From IMG/VR virus record IMGVR_UViG_3300048589_000569, positions 1 through 59,071 of that record: a DNA stretch of 59,071 bases; one strand, given 5' to 3'. Source of the DNA: a virus. Its lineage: Duplodnaviria > Caudoviricetes. Within the stretch, counting starts at the first letter, position 1, and every line of letters starts with the position of its first letter. The notes below the pieces were generated by a model, which saw only the letters and a list, made by a program, of their open reading frames with translations, did not search any database and was not told the origin of the DNA. A program made the position numbers and the translations under genes. Shown here piece after piece: positions 20,517 to 30,668 of this stretch.

Positions 20517-21085
20517 TGGCCGCTCAACTTGCAATCCCCGTCCTTATGGCCGCTCTCTCCCTTCTGGGGAGACCCGCCGCCAAGAAAGCCATCGCAGGCG
20601 CCGTTGGGAAAGCCGGTGGAGCCGCCGCTCGCTCAGGCATCAAGGGTGTCGCGAAGCGAGGGGCAGCCGCCAACGTCAAGAGTCGCTGGTACACGAAGTC
20701 GATGCAGGATCGTGTCGCTCGTGGCGAACTGAAGGCGGGAGAACGTCGACTGGATCCGCTGTGGGCGGGTCTCGCAGGTCTCAACGTCGTCCCCATCATG
20801 GGGGCTCTTGGAGGGGAGGGGGCTGAGGAAGAGGCGTTGATGGGGGCCGGTCAGTTCCGAGAGGTCTTCGACCAAGAGATGTATATGGACGACATTCTCG
20901 ACACCAACCAGCGACTCAAAGGCCAGATGAGTCTGTATAGAGGGCTTGAGGGGGCGAGAAGTCCTACGATGGCTGATGTGCAGGCGTCCGAGATCATCGG
21001 AAATAAGATGGAGACTCTTAGACAGAAGGCCGTGCGTCCCACGCCGTCGTTCGCTGAACTGTATATGATGGCTAGCGGAGGTTAA
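20516..21085 (+). CDS. putative internal virion protein (189 aa)
   Basis: Ala/Gly-rich amphipathic N-terminus; coupled. Confidence 0.5.
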   Translation: MAAQLAIPVLMAALSLLGRPAAKKAIAGAVGKAGGAAARSGIKGVAKRGAAANVKSRWYTKSMQDRVARGELKAGERRLDPLWAGLAGLNVVPIMGALGGEGAEEEALMGAGQFREVFDQEMYMDDILDTNQRLKGQMSLYRGLEGARSPTMADVQASEIIGNKMETLRQKAVRPTPSFAELYMMASGG

Positions 21086-21086
21086 T

Positions 21087-22073
21087 ATGGCCAAGCGTCG
21101 CCCCGTCGAAAAACTGAAGGTCAGACGAGTTCCTCGGGACCCCCAAGAGGAACTGGCTCGCATTCTCTCCGCCGCTCTTATGGAGCGGTCGGAGGAGGGC
21201 GGCGTCGAGGGTAGCCTTCGATCCCTCGAGAGTGCGTTGGGCGAGAACATCCTTGGCGCCAAGGCTCCGAAGGCCACGAAGACTGGACGATCGAGGGGGA
21301 AAGCGACCGCGAGGTCAACTGGGCCGAAGGTGTCGAAGGATAAGGCGATGGCTGCTTTGGCGGCTATGCTCGCTCAGGGGCAGCAGCGTCAGTTGCCTGC
21401 CGGGAGTGGGAAGAAGCCCTATAGGGCCGGGCCGACGGCTGCATTCCGGGCTGAGCAGGCGGCTGAGGCTGAGAGGATTCAGCAACGGTCGGGCGCGTTC
21501 CAGAAGATGACGAAGAAGGAGCAGGCCGAGGCCCTCCGCCTCATCAATCAGGAGCAGGCCGTCCGCGATCGCACCACTCGTGTCGCCGGAGCCTCCCGAG
21601 GCACTACGGCGGCGGGCAACTCCCCCATTCCTGTGAGAGGGAGAGAACCCAAACTGCTCACCGGAAGAGTCGCTTCCTCTGCGGCTGATGTGGCGGATGC
21701 CGCCGTTGATGCCCCCGTTAAGAAGGGTGGGGGAAGGGGGTTGCTGAAAGGGGCGGGGGTGGTTGGAGGTGCGTTGGCGATCGCGTCGGCCATCAACCCC
21801 AACATCTTCAGGGACGTGGACAACTTCTTCTCCGGCGGAAATCAGAGGGCTGCGAGGCGTCGGTTGGAGGGGCCGACAGGGGTGGCGATGCAGTTGAGGC
21901 AGCAGAGATTGCAGCGGGCGATGATGGAAAACGAGGCGATGCTGGCTACAATGGATCCTCATCTGTACGCAGAGTTGAATGCCGGTGAGAAGTTGGCTCC
22001 CGGCGCAAGAGTGTTTGGGGGTAGCCCCAATAGGGATGTGGTTGAACAAGCAATCCTTGAGATGATGCGCTGA
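21087..22073 (+). CDS. basic putative internal virion protein (328 aa)
   Basis: K/R/A-rich with a Gly-rich hydrophobic segment. Confidence 0.5.
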   Translation: MAKRRPVEKLKVRRVPRDPQEELARILSAALMERSEEGGVEGSLRSLESALGENILGAKAPKATKTGRSRGKATARSTGPKVSKDKAMAALAAMLAQGQQRQLPAGSGKKPYRAGPTAAFRAEQAAEAERIQQRSGAFQKMTKKEQAEALRLINQEQAVRDRTTRVAGASRGTTAAGNSPIPVRGREPKLLTGRVASSAADVADAAVDAPVKKGGGRGLLKGAGVVGGALAIASAINPNIFRDVDNFFSGGNQRAARRRLEGPTGVAMQLRQQRLQRAMMENEAMLATMDPHLYAELNAGEKLAPGARVFGGSPNRDVVEQAILEMMR

Positions 22074-22083
22074 GGAGTTAGAG

Positions 22084-22503
22084 ATGGCTGAATATTCGAA
22101 GAGAGATCCGGCAATGCTGCCGCGTTCGTGGTGGAGAGATGTGAAGTCGATCGGTTCGACCGACGGCGTCTATACGGCGCTTGTTGTGGCGAACAAGGCC
22201 GCTCGTGTCGAGGACGTGGAGGTCCTGCTGCGAGGTTGGGCCTCCGGTGATAACGCGACGATCAGCATCGTGAAGTCTCCGGCTGCCACCCCCACCCCCG
22301 CTGGTGGTTCGGTGGTTGCGACTCTCGCCGTGACTGATTCGAACGAAGGGACTGTGGTCGCGTTTGACCTGAGCGCGTTGGAGGACCATTCGGTATTGCT
22401 CGCTGACGGAGATGTGCTGTATGCGTTGCTGGATCTCGGGACCAGCGATACGATCACGAGCCCTGTTGAGATCGCGTTCACCGTGAGAACTTGGGTTCAG
22501 TGA
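22084..22503 (+). CDS. small beta-rich protein, possible capsid decoration/cement
   Basis: GAGGAG RBS upstream; 139 aa; function inferred. Confidence 0.5.
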   Translation: MAEYSKRDPAMLPRSWWRDVKSIGSTDGVYTALVVANKAARVEDVEVLLRGWASGDNATISIVKSPAATPTPAGGSVVATLAVTDSNEGTVVAFDLSALEDHSVLLADGDVLYALLDLGTSDTITSPVEIAFTVRTWVQ

Positions 22504-22510
22504 TTAGAGG

Positions 22511-22942
22511 ATGGACACACACATCGACTACTTGGTCGCTGGTCACCCAGGGCCCACGCGGGATTCGATAGTTTCCGCCCTTCGCAAAGGGGGCCACGAT
22601 GCGTCGTCGTTTGACGGGCGCATTAGCAAGCGAGTGATGAGGGGTCAGGTGAATAATCTGGTCCTCGTCGTGCATCGGTTGAACGAGCAAGAGACCGACT
22701 GTGACCCCCGATTGGTGGCACAGTCGGTCTTTCTCGCTGTGAATACCCTCGATGCCCCGGTCTGGATTGTCACGATTGAGGGGTTTGAGGAGGAGAAGGG
22801 GGAGTTGGAGAGGGCGTGGGGGGTGGACATTCAACGGAAGAAGCCTATCCTCATGCGTGTCGACTACGTGAAGAGCGAGTCGACTAATTGGTATGAGGAG
22901 GTGTTCGGCGACCTGATCAATGAGCCAGTTTCCGACGAGTAA
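22511..22942 (+). CDS. hypothetical protein (143 aa)
   Basis: ATG ORF in operon. Confidence 0.6.
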   Translation: MDTHIDYLVAGHPGPTRDSIVSALRKGGHDASSFDGRISKRVMRGQVNNLVLVVHRLNEQETDCDPRLVAQSVFLAVNTLDAPVWIVTIEGFEEEKGELERAWGVDIQRKKPILMRVDYVKSESTNWYEEVFGDLINEPVSDE

Positions 22943-25900
22943 TCTCGGTGGCGAAGATCTCTTCCCAACCAAGCCCCCGCCCGTCTACGAGAGGGTGGGT
23001 GCTTTCGATTACCCCGAGATCCTCTTCTACAACCTGATTGACCGAGAGTTGGGGTCGGGCTTCGTTCCTATCACCGGACGAACGGCCCAAGAGAACTCAA
23101 CGCTCGCCTCCCGCATCAGGCAGGAACTCGACGGGAACCCCTTCAAAGACCTCGCGGTCGCTTTATTGACAGACCCTCTCTTCATGGCGTCTGTGGGGTT
23201 CGAGTTCGCGTTCAAGTTGCCCGGCCTGTCTCGTCAGATGAGAAGAGGGGCTGGAGAGTTCTTTAGGGTGTCCGATGCGTACAACCCCATCCTCCGCAAG
23301 GGTGGGAACATGTACCTCGGGTTCATGGGGAAGTTGAATCCGAAGACCGGCAACAACATCCTCGAGGACGAGACGACTATTCGTGTCCTCGACATGCTCA
23401 ACAAGAACAGACTGGACTTTCTCAAGAAGCACGGCGATGACGTTGCCTCTGAGATGTTCAAGGTGAAGCGGCTCTCGAATAAGGCCCAAGGTCAGGAGGA
23501 CTCCGCTCTCATCTATGCGTGGTTGTCGGGTAGGCACGTCGATCACACGTCGAAGATCGCCCGGCTCAATAAGGCGGGGGAGCGGATGGTTGTGGAGTTT
23601 GACGAGGCTCCCGCTCGCGCCATCCTTGATGCCTCTCGCCTCGAAGGGGAGATGAAGAAGAGAGGAGTCTACGACCTCGCGGTCGCTATGAGGTCTAAGT
23701 ATGATGAGTTGCTTCTCGACGTCTTTGGTGTGGACAAGGCCAGTGGCGTTGTTGATGAGAAGAAGTTGGAGAGGATTTATAGGGGGATAGCGAGCGGGTC
23801 GTTGGCGAGCAATCGGAATGTGAACACCTCGAATGTGGGTGTCGCGATGATCGGGAAGTTGCTCGGCAACGAGACGATGGACAATGTGAGGGCCGGGGCG
23901 ATGTCGATGGACAACTTCAAGGAGTTGATCCGCGAGTCGTTCGTGGCTCAGCCCTTCTACGCACCCAGGAACACCGCCCGCTACTACAGCAGAGGGATGA
24001 ACGGAATCAGAGAGGTGTCTCTTGATGAGGTGCGGAGATTGAGGGAAGGTGGTAGGGATGTACCGAGGCAGTTCAAGGCCGGAGCGAACGCTGTGGGCCG
24101 GGAGGTTCATGAGTCCCTCTGGGATGATGTGGAACTGAACCTGTTCGATCGGTTGGGGCTCGTCCGCAACGATCGGAGGGAGGAGTTTGGACTACTGAGG
24201 GATCAGGGGGCGGCGGTCAAGCGGAAGATGCAGTCCGGTCTCGTCGATGCGGATGTGGTGAGGCTGCACAAGATGGACGCGTTCGAGGCCATGAGTTCGT
24301 ATCTGGATGATACGAGTCGGCTGCGGACGATGTTTGTCGATGAGGTGGATGGGAGCGTGAGGGCCGCGATGAAGCGGCAGAAGAGCGTCCTCGACAAACT
24401 CAAGGAGGTCAATCCTGTTCGTTATGAGCAGTTGATGAAGACCTCCAGTTCGAGCGGGGCCGGGAGTGTTCTGGATACGTTTGATGATTTGCCCGAGCCC
24501 GTGGGGGGTTGGACGAACTTCGATGTGGTGCATCGGGCGTTCCACCTGTTTGACAAGGGGAATGATGCGTACTCTCAGTACGCGAGGGATGCCCTGACAG
24601 AGGTGTATCTGCCTCTAGCGATGGGGTCGCAGAGGTTGCAGCAAGGCCTCATGACCTCGATGGTGAACCAGATGAAGGCCTGGACTAAGAGCGTGTTTGA
24701 CGACACGAATCTTGGAGGGCCTATGAATAAGGCCGGTCTTGGCTCGTTCGTGAGTCACATGCGGAACTTTGCGGATGAGCCCCTCACTGGGAAGTCCGCT
24801 GACTATGCGGTGACGAAGTGGTTCTACGCGTCGACCCTAGGTGCGAATGTGCCGTCGGCTCTCGTGAACCTGACGCAGCCTTGGGCCACCACCGTCCGAG
24901 TGACGGGGCTGAAGAATCTTCTGAAGGGGTATGGAGAGGCGTTCAAGGATGCGGCTGCGTACGCGTCTGAGAGGTCGAAGGTGCCTTCGCTGGGGGTGGG
25001 GAGAGCGGGGCAGCGAGCGATCAGTCCAGCGACGCAGCGGGCGTTCCGGATGGCGGATGATGCGGACATCGCTCCCAACATTGATCAGATGGTCGAGCAG
25101 TTGGACGCCCCGTCGAGGATTCTGAGGGATGAATCGGGGCTCAGCAGGTTCAACGAGTTCCTCCTTAAGGGGTTCTCGTTTGCTGAGTGGTTTAATAGGA
25201 GTGTGTCGGCTCATGCGGCTCGCTTCAAGGCCATTGAGGATGGGTTGGATGGGACGCTTGATGCTGCGGGGCAGTTGAGGAATGCGGACACGAAGGGGTT
25301 CGTGAGGCGGTTGGTTCAGGAATCTCAGTTCACGCCTGACCTCATGAACACGCCGATGCTGTTCCTCAATCCGAGCAGTCCCTTTAGCCAGCCCCTCTTG
25401 AGGCAGTTTCTCACGTTCCCCCTGAGAACGGCTATCAGCCCGTGGGAATACCGTAAGTACGGCGGGTCCAACTCGATGCTCAACTTCGCCGTGGATGCGA
25501 ACAGGATGATCCTGTATTCGTCCCTGTTGAATGAGGCGGGGAAACAGGCGGGCCTGGATCTGTTTGATACGACGGCGGTGGGGACGGTGACGGAGTTGAT
25601 GACGGGGCTGGGGACGGAAGGGCTGAATAGGGTGCTGCCCCCCGTGATTGATATTCCGTTGAAGTTCACGTCGGGCATCATGAGCGGGGAGAGGGATGCG
25701 ATCGCGAGGAGTTTGCCCCTGTTCGCGCCGGGCGGGTTGGCGCTGAGTAGGGTGGCGGGGATTCTGCCTCCGGCCAAGTTTGACAACTTCTATGCGACCA
25801 CTCATGCGGGGTGGGACGAGATGACCCCGGACGGACAGGTGCCCCTTTATGATTCGACGGGTAGGCTCATCACGTACGAGAGCAAGATGAGGCTCCTTCT

Positions 25901-26405
25901 GAAGGGGTTGGGGTTTAGCCGGTTCGGTCTGTACAACAGCGAAGGTGAGATCATCAAGCAGTTGCAGAAGGACCGGGAGAAGATGACCAGTTATAGGCAG
26001 GAGTACATGCGTGCGATCGCCGCGAACGATCTGCGTAGGGCTTCTGATCTGGAGAAGGCGTTCTACGACAAGTTCGGCTTTCGTCTCAGTGTGGACAAGC
26101 AGAACCTTAAGACTTTCCTTGACAACAGAACCGTCCCCCGCGTGGAGCGCACGTTGAATTCGATGCCCGAAGAGTTGAGGGCTCGAATGACTGAGTGGGT
26201 TGCACAAGGCATGGGACCGCAGTTGGGCATTGACGCTCAGACGTTCTCGCAGTTTGACACGGCGACGCAACGGATGGCGGCAAGAACCTCAGGTCAGCCC
26301 TCGAACGAGGAGTTGATGAAGAGGTTGGAGCAACTGCAACGGGAGAACCGCTTTGAGCAGCCAGTCAACCAAACGAGAGTCTTCGGCCCCCTCGGCGGGT
26401 TCTAA
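22920..26405 (+). CDS. large internal virion (ejection) protein, 1161 aa
   Basis: LGANVPSALVNLTQP and LRQFLTFP segments typical of large podophage internal proteins. Confidence 0.65.
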   Translation: MSQFPTSNLGGEDLFPTKPPPVYERVGAFDYPEILFYNLIDRELGSGFVPITGRTAQENSTLASRIRQELDGNPFKDLAVALLTDPLFMASVGFEFAFKLPGLSRQMRRGAGEFFRVSDAYNPILRKGGNMYLGFMGKLNPKTGNNILEDETTIRVLDMLNKNRLDFLKKHGDDVASEMFKVKRLSNKAQGQEDSALIYAWLSGRHVDHTSKIARLNKAGERMVVEFDEAPARAILDASRLEGEMKKRGVYDLAVAMRSKYDELLLDVFGVDKASGVVDEKKLERIYRGIASGSLASNRNVNTSNVGVAMIGKLLGNETMDNVRAGAMSMDNFKELIRESFVAQPFYAPRNTARYYSRGMNGIREVSLDEVRRLREGGRDVPRQFKAGANAVGREVHESLWDDVELNLFDRLGLVRNDRREEFGLLRDQGAAVKRKMQSGLVDADVVRLHKMDAFEAMSSYLDDTSRLRTMFVDEVDGSVRAAMKRQKSVLDKLKEVNPVRYEQLMKTSSSSGAGSVLDTFDDLPEPVGGWTNFDVVHRAFHLFDKGNDAYSQYARDALTEVYLPLAMGSQRLQQGLMTSMVNQMKAWTKSVFDDTNLGGPMNKAGLGSFVSHMRNFADEPLTGKSADYAVTKWFYASTLGANVPSALVNLTQPWATTVRVTGLKNLLKGYGEAFKDAAAYASERSKVPSLGVGRAGQRAISPATQRAFRMADDADIAPNIDQMVEQLDAPSRILRDESGLSRFNEFLLKGFSFAEWFNRSVSAHAARFKAIEDGLDGTLDAAGQLRNADTKGFVRRLVQESQFTPDLMNTPMLFLNPSSPFSQPLLRQFLTFPLRTAISPWEYRKYGGSNSMLNFAVDANRMILYSSLLNEAGKQAGLDLFDTTAVGTVTELMTGLGTEGLNRVLPPVIDIPLKFTSGIMSGERDAIARSLPLFAPGGLALSRVAGILPPAKFDNFYATTHAGWDEMTPDGQVPLYDSTGRLITYESKMRLLLKGLGFSRFGLYNSEGEIIKQLQKDREKMTSYRQEYMRAIAANDLRRASDLEKAFYDKFGFRLSVDKQNLKTFLDNRTVPRVERTLNSMPEELRARMTEWVAQGMGPQLGIDAQTFSQFDTATQRMAARTSGQPSNEELMKRLEQLQRENRFEQPVNQTRVFGPLGGF

Positions 26406-27201
26406 GTGGGCCCGTTACGTCATCCTGAGTGATAGGCACCACCCGCTGGTGCATTGGCCCTCGCTGAGGAAGGTGGCCGCGTTCATCCGGGAGTATCGGC
26501 CCCACTACGTCATTGACGGAGGGGATTGGCTGGAGGCGTCGGCGCCGAGTGTGTGGCCCAACGAGGACCCCTGGACGCTCGAGGACGAGTTTGAGTCCTG
26601 CAACGAGGGGGATGAGTTGCTGCTGGACGCCGCCCCGGACGCTGAGCATTGGCGGGTTGAAGGGAATCACGACTTCCGCATCAGAGCCCCTAACAGATTC
26701 CCAAAGAACATCAGGGACTCCCTCGATTATCGGACCAGACTGAAGCACTTTCATCACTTCAAGTTTGTTCCGTACAACTTCCAAACAGGCAACGCTTTGA
26801 GGTTGGGCCAACTGACGGTGATTCATGGATATCGTCAGGGGGCCAACGGACCCAAGTACGACTGCCTAGAATTCGGTGTGGACAATGGCTTGTTCGTCAG
26901 CGGGGACAGCCACAAACCTCACGCCGTCCGACAGGTAAGGGTGAACACGTCCGGACCCTACCTCCCCCGCTTCTACGCCAACACGGGCACCCTAGGCCCG
27001 CTCAATCCTACCTTCATGAACAAGAAGAGTAAGCAGGAGTGGGGTCGGGCATTCGCGTACGGGGAAGTCCGCCTTGGAAGACGATTGAGGGCCTCACGCG
27101 ATTGGACGTGCAAGGTCGAGATCCTCCAAGCGGCAGACGGGACAGTGGCCCATGACTTCGAACCAACCGAACGACCCCAGGCTTGGCGGAATCAGTCGTG
27201 A
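26353..27201 (+). CDS. calcineurin-like metallophosphoesterase (start uncertain)
   Basis: SDxH, GDWLE, GNHD, HG and GDSH motifs in canonical order. Confidence 0.85.
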   Translation: MSSQSTKRESSAPSAGSKWARYVILSDRHHPLVHWPSLRKVAAFIREYRPHYVIDGGDWLEASAPSVWPNEDPWTLEDEFESCNEGDELLLDAAPDAEHWRVEGNHDFRIRAPNRFPKNIRDSLDYRTRLKHFHHFKFVPYNFQTGNALRLGQLTVIHGYRQGANGPKYDCLEFGVDNGLFVSGDSHKPHAVRQVRVNTSGPYLPRFYANTGTLGPLNPTFMNKKSKQEWGRAFAYGEVRLGRRLRASRDWTCKVEILQAADGTVAHDFEPTERPQAWRNQS

Positions 27202-27466
27202 GAAGATGGTCGAGAGTGTCCTCTGTCACCTCACTGAGCAGCACGAGGAAGTCTACGTCTTGCGGTTCTGGAGGGACGAGAACGGAGTGGGCCACCTCGC
27301 CTCCCACTACCGAGGTGAGGGTGTTCTGCCCTGCCTAGCCCTCGATCAGTCGTGGCCTGCTGAGCACTGCCTCACCTTCGGCCCTCACGACCTGGACATG
27401 GAGATCCGCGAGATCACCACCATCCTCAAAACCCTCACCCCGGACGACGACGAGGACGAACAATGA
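27152..27466 (+). CDS. hypothetical protein
   Basis: ORF with acidic tail, coupled to the next gene. Confidence 0.55.
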   Translation: MTSNQPNDPRLGGISREKMVESVLCHLTEQHEEVYVLRFWRDENGVGHLASHYRGEGVLPCLALDQSWPAEHCLTFGPHDLDMEIREITTILKTLTPDDDEDEQ

Positions 27467-27708
27467 CTAACAAAAACCGCATGGTGTCCATGGAAGGCCT
27501 CAGTCCTCGCCTTCGGGCTGAACTGACTTCAAACCTCCAAGCCTTCTTGTTGGTCGGCTACGACACACAAGGGGCCCCCATCGTTTGCGAGTACGCCCCC
27601 TCCCAAGTACACAGGGATGGTCTTGCTCGACGTTGGGAAGCGTTGAAGTTCGCCACCGAGGACCACAAGAAGGGACTCTTTGGCATCCAAGACGACGAAG
27701 ATGACTAA
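27463..27708 (+). CDS. hypothetical protein (81 aa), last gene of the rightward arm
   Basis: ATGA overlap with the previous gene; its stop overlaps a motif copy. Confidence 0.6.
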   Translation: MTNKNRMVSMEGLSPRLRAELTSNLQAFLLVGYDTQGAPIVCEYAPSQVHRDGLARRWEALKFATEDHKKGLFGIQDDEDD

Positions 27709-27773
27709 CCTCGCGGTCGCTTAAACCCCGGTCGCCGCGTCTCCGAGACGCCGGGGCACAATCCGGTGCTGAA

Positions 27774-27850
27774 TCCAGACGGGCGGGATTTGCACCCGCT
27801 GGGTGTCGCCTGTTGTCCAGGTGCGTGTTCCTACCACGCCGCCGTCTGGA
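27774..27850 (-). ncRNA. tRNA-like structured element (atypical)
   Basis: Closing stem TCCAGACGG/CCGTCTGGA, arm GCGTG-GTAGGAA-CACGC, short arm CCTG-GACAA-CAGG, T-arm GCGGG-TGCAAAT-CCCGC. Confidence 0.55.
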
Positions 27851-27948
27851 AACCTCCCCGCCGCTGTGGGCGAGGGGGAGGGTGCGAGTGTTCGACAAAC
27901 CGCCGTTGGCGGTAGTTGCAGGATCTCCCTGCACTCTATTCCCGCGAA

Positions 27949-28021
27949 TGCTCGGGGTGGGAGTCGAACCCACAACAGGGGGTTTAGAAGACCCCTACTC
28001 TATCCATTGAGTTACCCGAGC
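27949..28021 (-). tRNA. tRNA-Arg(UCU)
   Basis: Cloverleaf: acceptor GCTCGGG/CCCGAGC, anticodon arm GGGGT-CTTCTAA-ACCCC, T-arm GTGGG-TTCGACT-CCCAC. Confidence 0.92.
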
Positions 28022-28040
28022 GTCAAGTCACGAGTCGAGA

Positions 28041-30668
28041 TTAGGATCCGCAGTGGCCTCCCTTCCCTGAGATGTCACAGATGTCAGAGTGCTGAATGAT
28101 GGTTTCGGTGAATTCTTTTCCGACATTCTTGAGGGCCTCGCTGTAGGGGACCGGGGTGAGAGGTTGCCCGCCGCGTGCTGCGTCGGGATAGACGGTCATG
28201 CCACGGAGACGTGGGGCGTACTTGGCGAGGATGCTCGCGAAGTGAGGCACTCGCATCTTACTGTTGAGGGGGGTGCCCCACGCGGGCATGTTGATGGTGG
28301 AGGAGATGGCCATGTCGACGTAGTCCTGCATGTCCGCCTGGAACGAGATGCGTCGTTCGGGGTCGGAGGCAAGGGACAGAGCCGTTTCGATGTCGTCGGG
28401 CTGGCAGCCTGTCGTGGCCATCATTTCTCGAGCGGCTGATTCGACGACATACTGGTAGTGGTAGACGTTGTTCTTGAGGTAGATGCGCTTGAAGGAGACT
28501 GCGAAGATCGGTTCGATGCCTGTGGTCGTTCCGGCGAGCATACCGATGGTGCCCGTGGGGGCGATCGCTCGGCAGGCGACAGGTCGGCTGATTGATAGGC
28601 GGGCGGCGTATTCATCAGCGGCCCTCCGAGAGCCGTCTCGGTAGACCTCCATCCACGAACGCAACTCGTCGTTCATCTGGTAGCGGTAGCCACGAGTGAC
28701 GAGCCACTCATGGACTCCCATGAGGCCCAGGCCCAGACGACGGTTCTTCTCACGGACGATGTACATCTTCTGAGTGGGCAACTGGGCCTTGAGTGTGCCG
28801 CAGATGAGGAAGGCGGTGGCCAGTTCGACGCATTGGGTGAACTCCTCCAACGTCTCGATGCGTGAGAGGTTGAGGGATCCGAGGTTGCAGATGTCACTGT
28901 CGTCCTCGGAGGTCACCTCGCAGCAGTTGGAGATGATGACTCCCTCAGCCATGAACGTGTGCTCATCAACACCCACGTCGCAACAGAACACATCCTGCGT
29001 CTCCCCCTCGCTGACAGAGAGGACTCGAACGGAAGACTTACGGTAGGCGTCGTGCTCGGTTGGGGACAGCCGACGGGTGGGGATGAGTGAACGGAAGAGG
29101 TTGTTATACTCGCGGCAGATCACCAACTGGTAGACCTCAGAGCCTCCGTAGGTAGACGAGCCGTTCTTGGAGACATTGGAGAGGATGCCCATGCACTCCA
29201 AGGCTCGTCGGATGTCGTGGAGGAACCCTTCGTGCTTGGAGCAAAGACGGATCGCGTTCTGGCTGGCGTCGTAGTTGCCATCAGCGTCGAACAGCCCTGC
29301 GATGAAGGATTCATTCAACGCTTCGTCCCCGACCGTTTCTTTCGAGCGAGGGTAGCCGAACACGTCCTTCGAGAAGTACACCCTCGTATAGCCACGAGAG
29401 TCATCCCAGTTTACTGTTCCATAGGTGTTGAAGAAGGCGGCTAGACCTCTGGCGATTTCCTTGGACTCCGGAGAGCAGAACGTGATTTCACAGCGCCCCC
29501 CCCTCGAGAAGGATCCATCTCCGTAGGCATAGCCAAGGACGTACATGTAGTCGGAGGTGTTTGGCGACCCGTAGGTGGGCAGAGAGACGTGGAGGATGTC
29601 GTCCTCTTGGAGGTCCTTAGCGGGCACCCTCTCGATCGTGTCGAGAGTTCGAGACTTGCCCTTACCTGACCAGCGTTCGACTAGGAACTCGTGATCGGGG
29701 TCGCAGACGATCTGGCGTCCACCAGTCATGTTGACGGAGATGGTGGAAGTGTTCTCCTTCGTGCAACGGAACACCACGTCGGAGGCCCACTGCTTGCCGG
29801 TCCAGAGGGTGACAGGGGTGTTGACGATGTCGATCACCTGACGGATGCCCTCGGAGGTGTAGACGTGGGTGGAGCCAGCGACCGGGGCGTTACGAAGGGT
29901 TTCGCGGGCCTTGTCGCCGAAGTTGAACGAGAAGCCGGGCTCGCCGTTGCGAAGGGCGTACTCGCAGTTCTTGAGGAACACCTCGTCGGAGGCGGGATCG
30001 GGAAGGGAGAGCCACTTGTCGGAGTAGTTGACGGAGACGTTGGTGTTGTCGAGGGGGCAGGGGAAGGAGAAGTCGGCACGCTTGAGGTCGCCGTACGACT
30101 TGTCAGTGCCTGCGATCTTGCGGTTGTCCCAATCCTTCTCAGCCATGAACTCCATCACATCGTCGTGTTCGCGGTCGAGGGAGGCGTAGATGGCGGAGCG
30201 ACGGGAGCCGCCCTGCATGACGCGTCGACCAATCTCGTTGACCATCCCCATCGCGGGGAGGGGTCCGGAGGCGACTCCGCCCGTACGCGAGAGAGAGCGA
30301 CCGCGAGGTCTGTAGATTGAGTAGTCGAAGCCTAGGCCCATGCCGGTCATGAGCCACGAGGTGGTTTTGTAGGTGAGGTGGGACCAGTCTTCTCGGCTGT
30401 CCTCCTCGCAGCGACCGAGGGCGCAGTTGTTGTAGAACTTCGCTTCGCGGCCAGCATAGTAGAGGTAGCGACCCCCAGGGATGAACTTCATCTGGGCGAT
30501 CATCTGCTCGATCGCTTCGACGGTGTCTCGGGGGAGGAGGTCACCGCACACTTCCCACGTGAGGGTGTGGGCCAGTTTCTCCCACGTCTCACAACCTTCG
30601 TGGCTGTACTTGGCGTAGAAGATGTCGCGTCCGATGTTATTACGGAAGATCCCGTCGATCAGTTTCAT
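28041..30668 (-). CDS. nrdJ: class II (B12-dependent) ribonucleotide reductase with intein
   Basis: FIPGGRYLY, NNC, GGSRRSA, GEPGF, split NA|CCE (NxCxE), CNLGSLNL, RRLGLGLMG, IAPTGT, DMAISSTIN, TVYPD. No NrdB-like small subunit seen. Confidence 0.9.
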   Translation of the reverse strand: MKLIDGIFRNNIGRDIFYAKYSHEGCETWEKLAHTLTWEVCGDLLPRDTVEAIEQMIAQMKFIPGGRYLYYAGREAKFYNNCALGRCEEDSREDWSHLTYKTTSWLMTGMGLGFDYSIYRPRGRSLSRTGGVASGPLPAMGMVNEIGRRVMQGGSRRSAIYASLDREHDDVMEFMAEKDWDNRKIAGTDKSYGDLKRADFSFPCPLDNTNVSVNYSDKWLSLPDPASDEVFLKNCEYALRNGEPGFSFNFGDKARETLRNAPVAGSTHVYTSEGIRQVIDIVNTPVTLWTGKQWASDVVFRCTKENTSTISVNMTGGRQIVCDPDHEFLVERWSGKGKSRTLDTIERVPAKDLQEDDILHVSLPTYGSPNTSDYMYVLGYAYGDGSFSRGGRCEITFCSPESKEIARGLAAFFNTYGTVNWDDSRGYTRVYFSKDVFGYPRSKETVGDEALNESFIAGLFDADGNYDASQNAIRLCSKHEGFLHDIRRALECMGILSNVSKNGSSTYGGSEVYQLVICREYNNLFRSLIPTRRLSPTEHDAYRKSSVRVLSVSEGETQDVFCCDVGVDEHTFMAEGVIISNCCEVTSEDDSDICNLGSLNLSRIETLEEFTQCVELATAFLICGTLKAQLPTQKMYIVREKNRRLGLGLMGVHEWLVTRGYRYQMNDELRSWMEVYRDGSRRAADEYAARLSISRPVACRAIAPTGTIGMLAGTTTGIEPIFAVSFKRIYLKNNVYHYQYVVESAAREMMATTGCQPDDIETALSLASDPERRISFQADMQDYVDMAISSTINMPAWGTPLNSKMRVPHFASILAKYAPRLRGMTVYPDAARGGQPLTPVPYSEALKNVGKEFTETIIQHSDICDISGKGGHCGS
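28926..29885 (-). mobile_element. intein (320 aa) with LAGLIDADG homing endonuclease, in NrdJ
   Basis: PVAGSTHVYTSEG...DPDHEF...LGYAYGDGS...AGLFDADG...HTFMAEGVIISN|C; removal restores NACCE. Confidence 0.88.
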
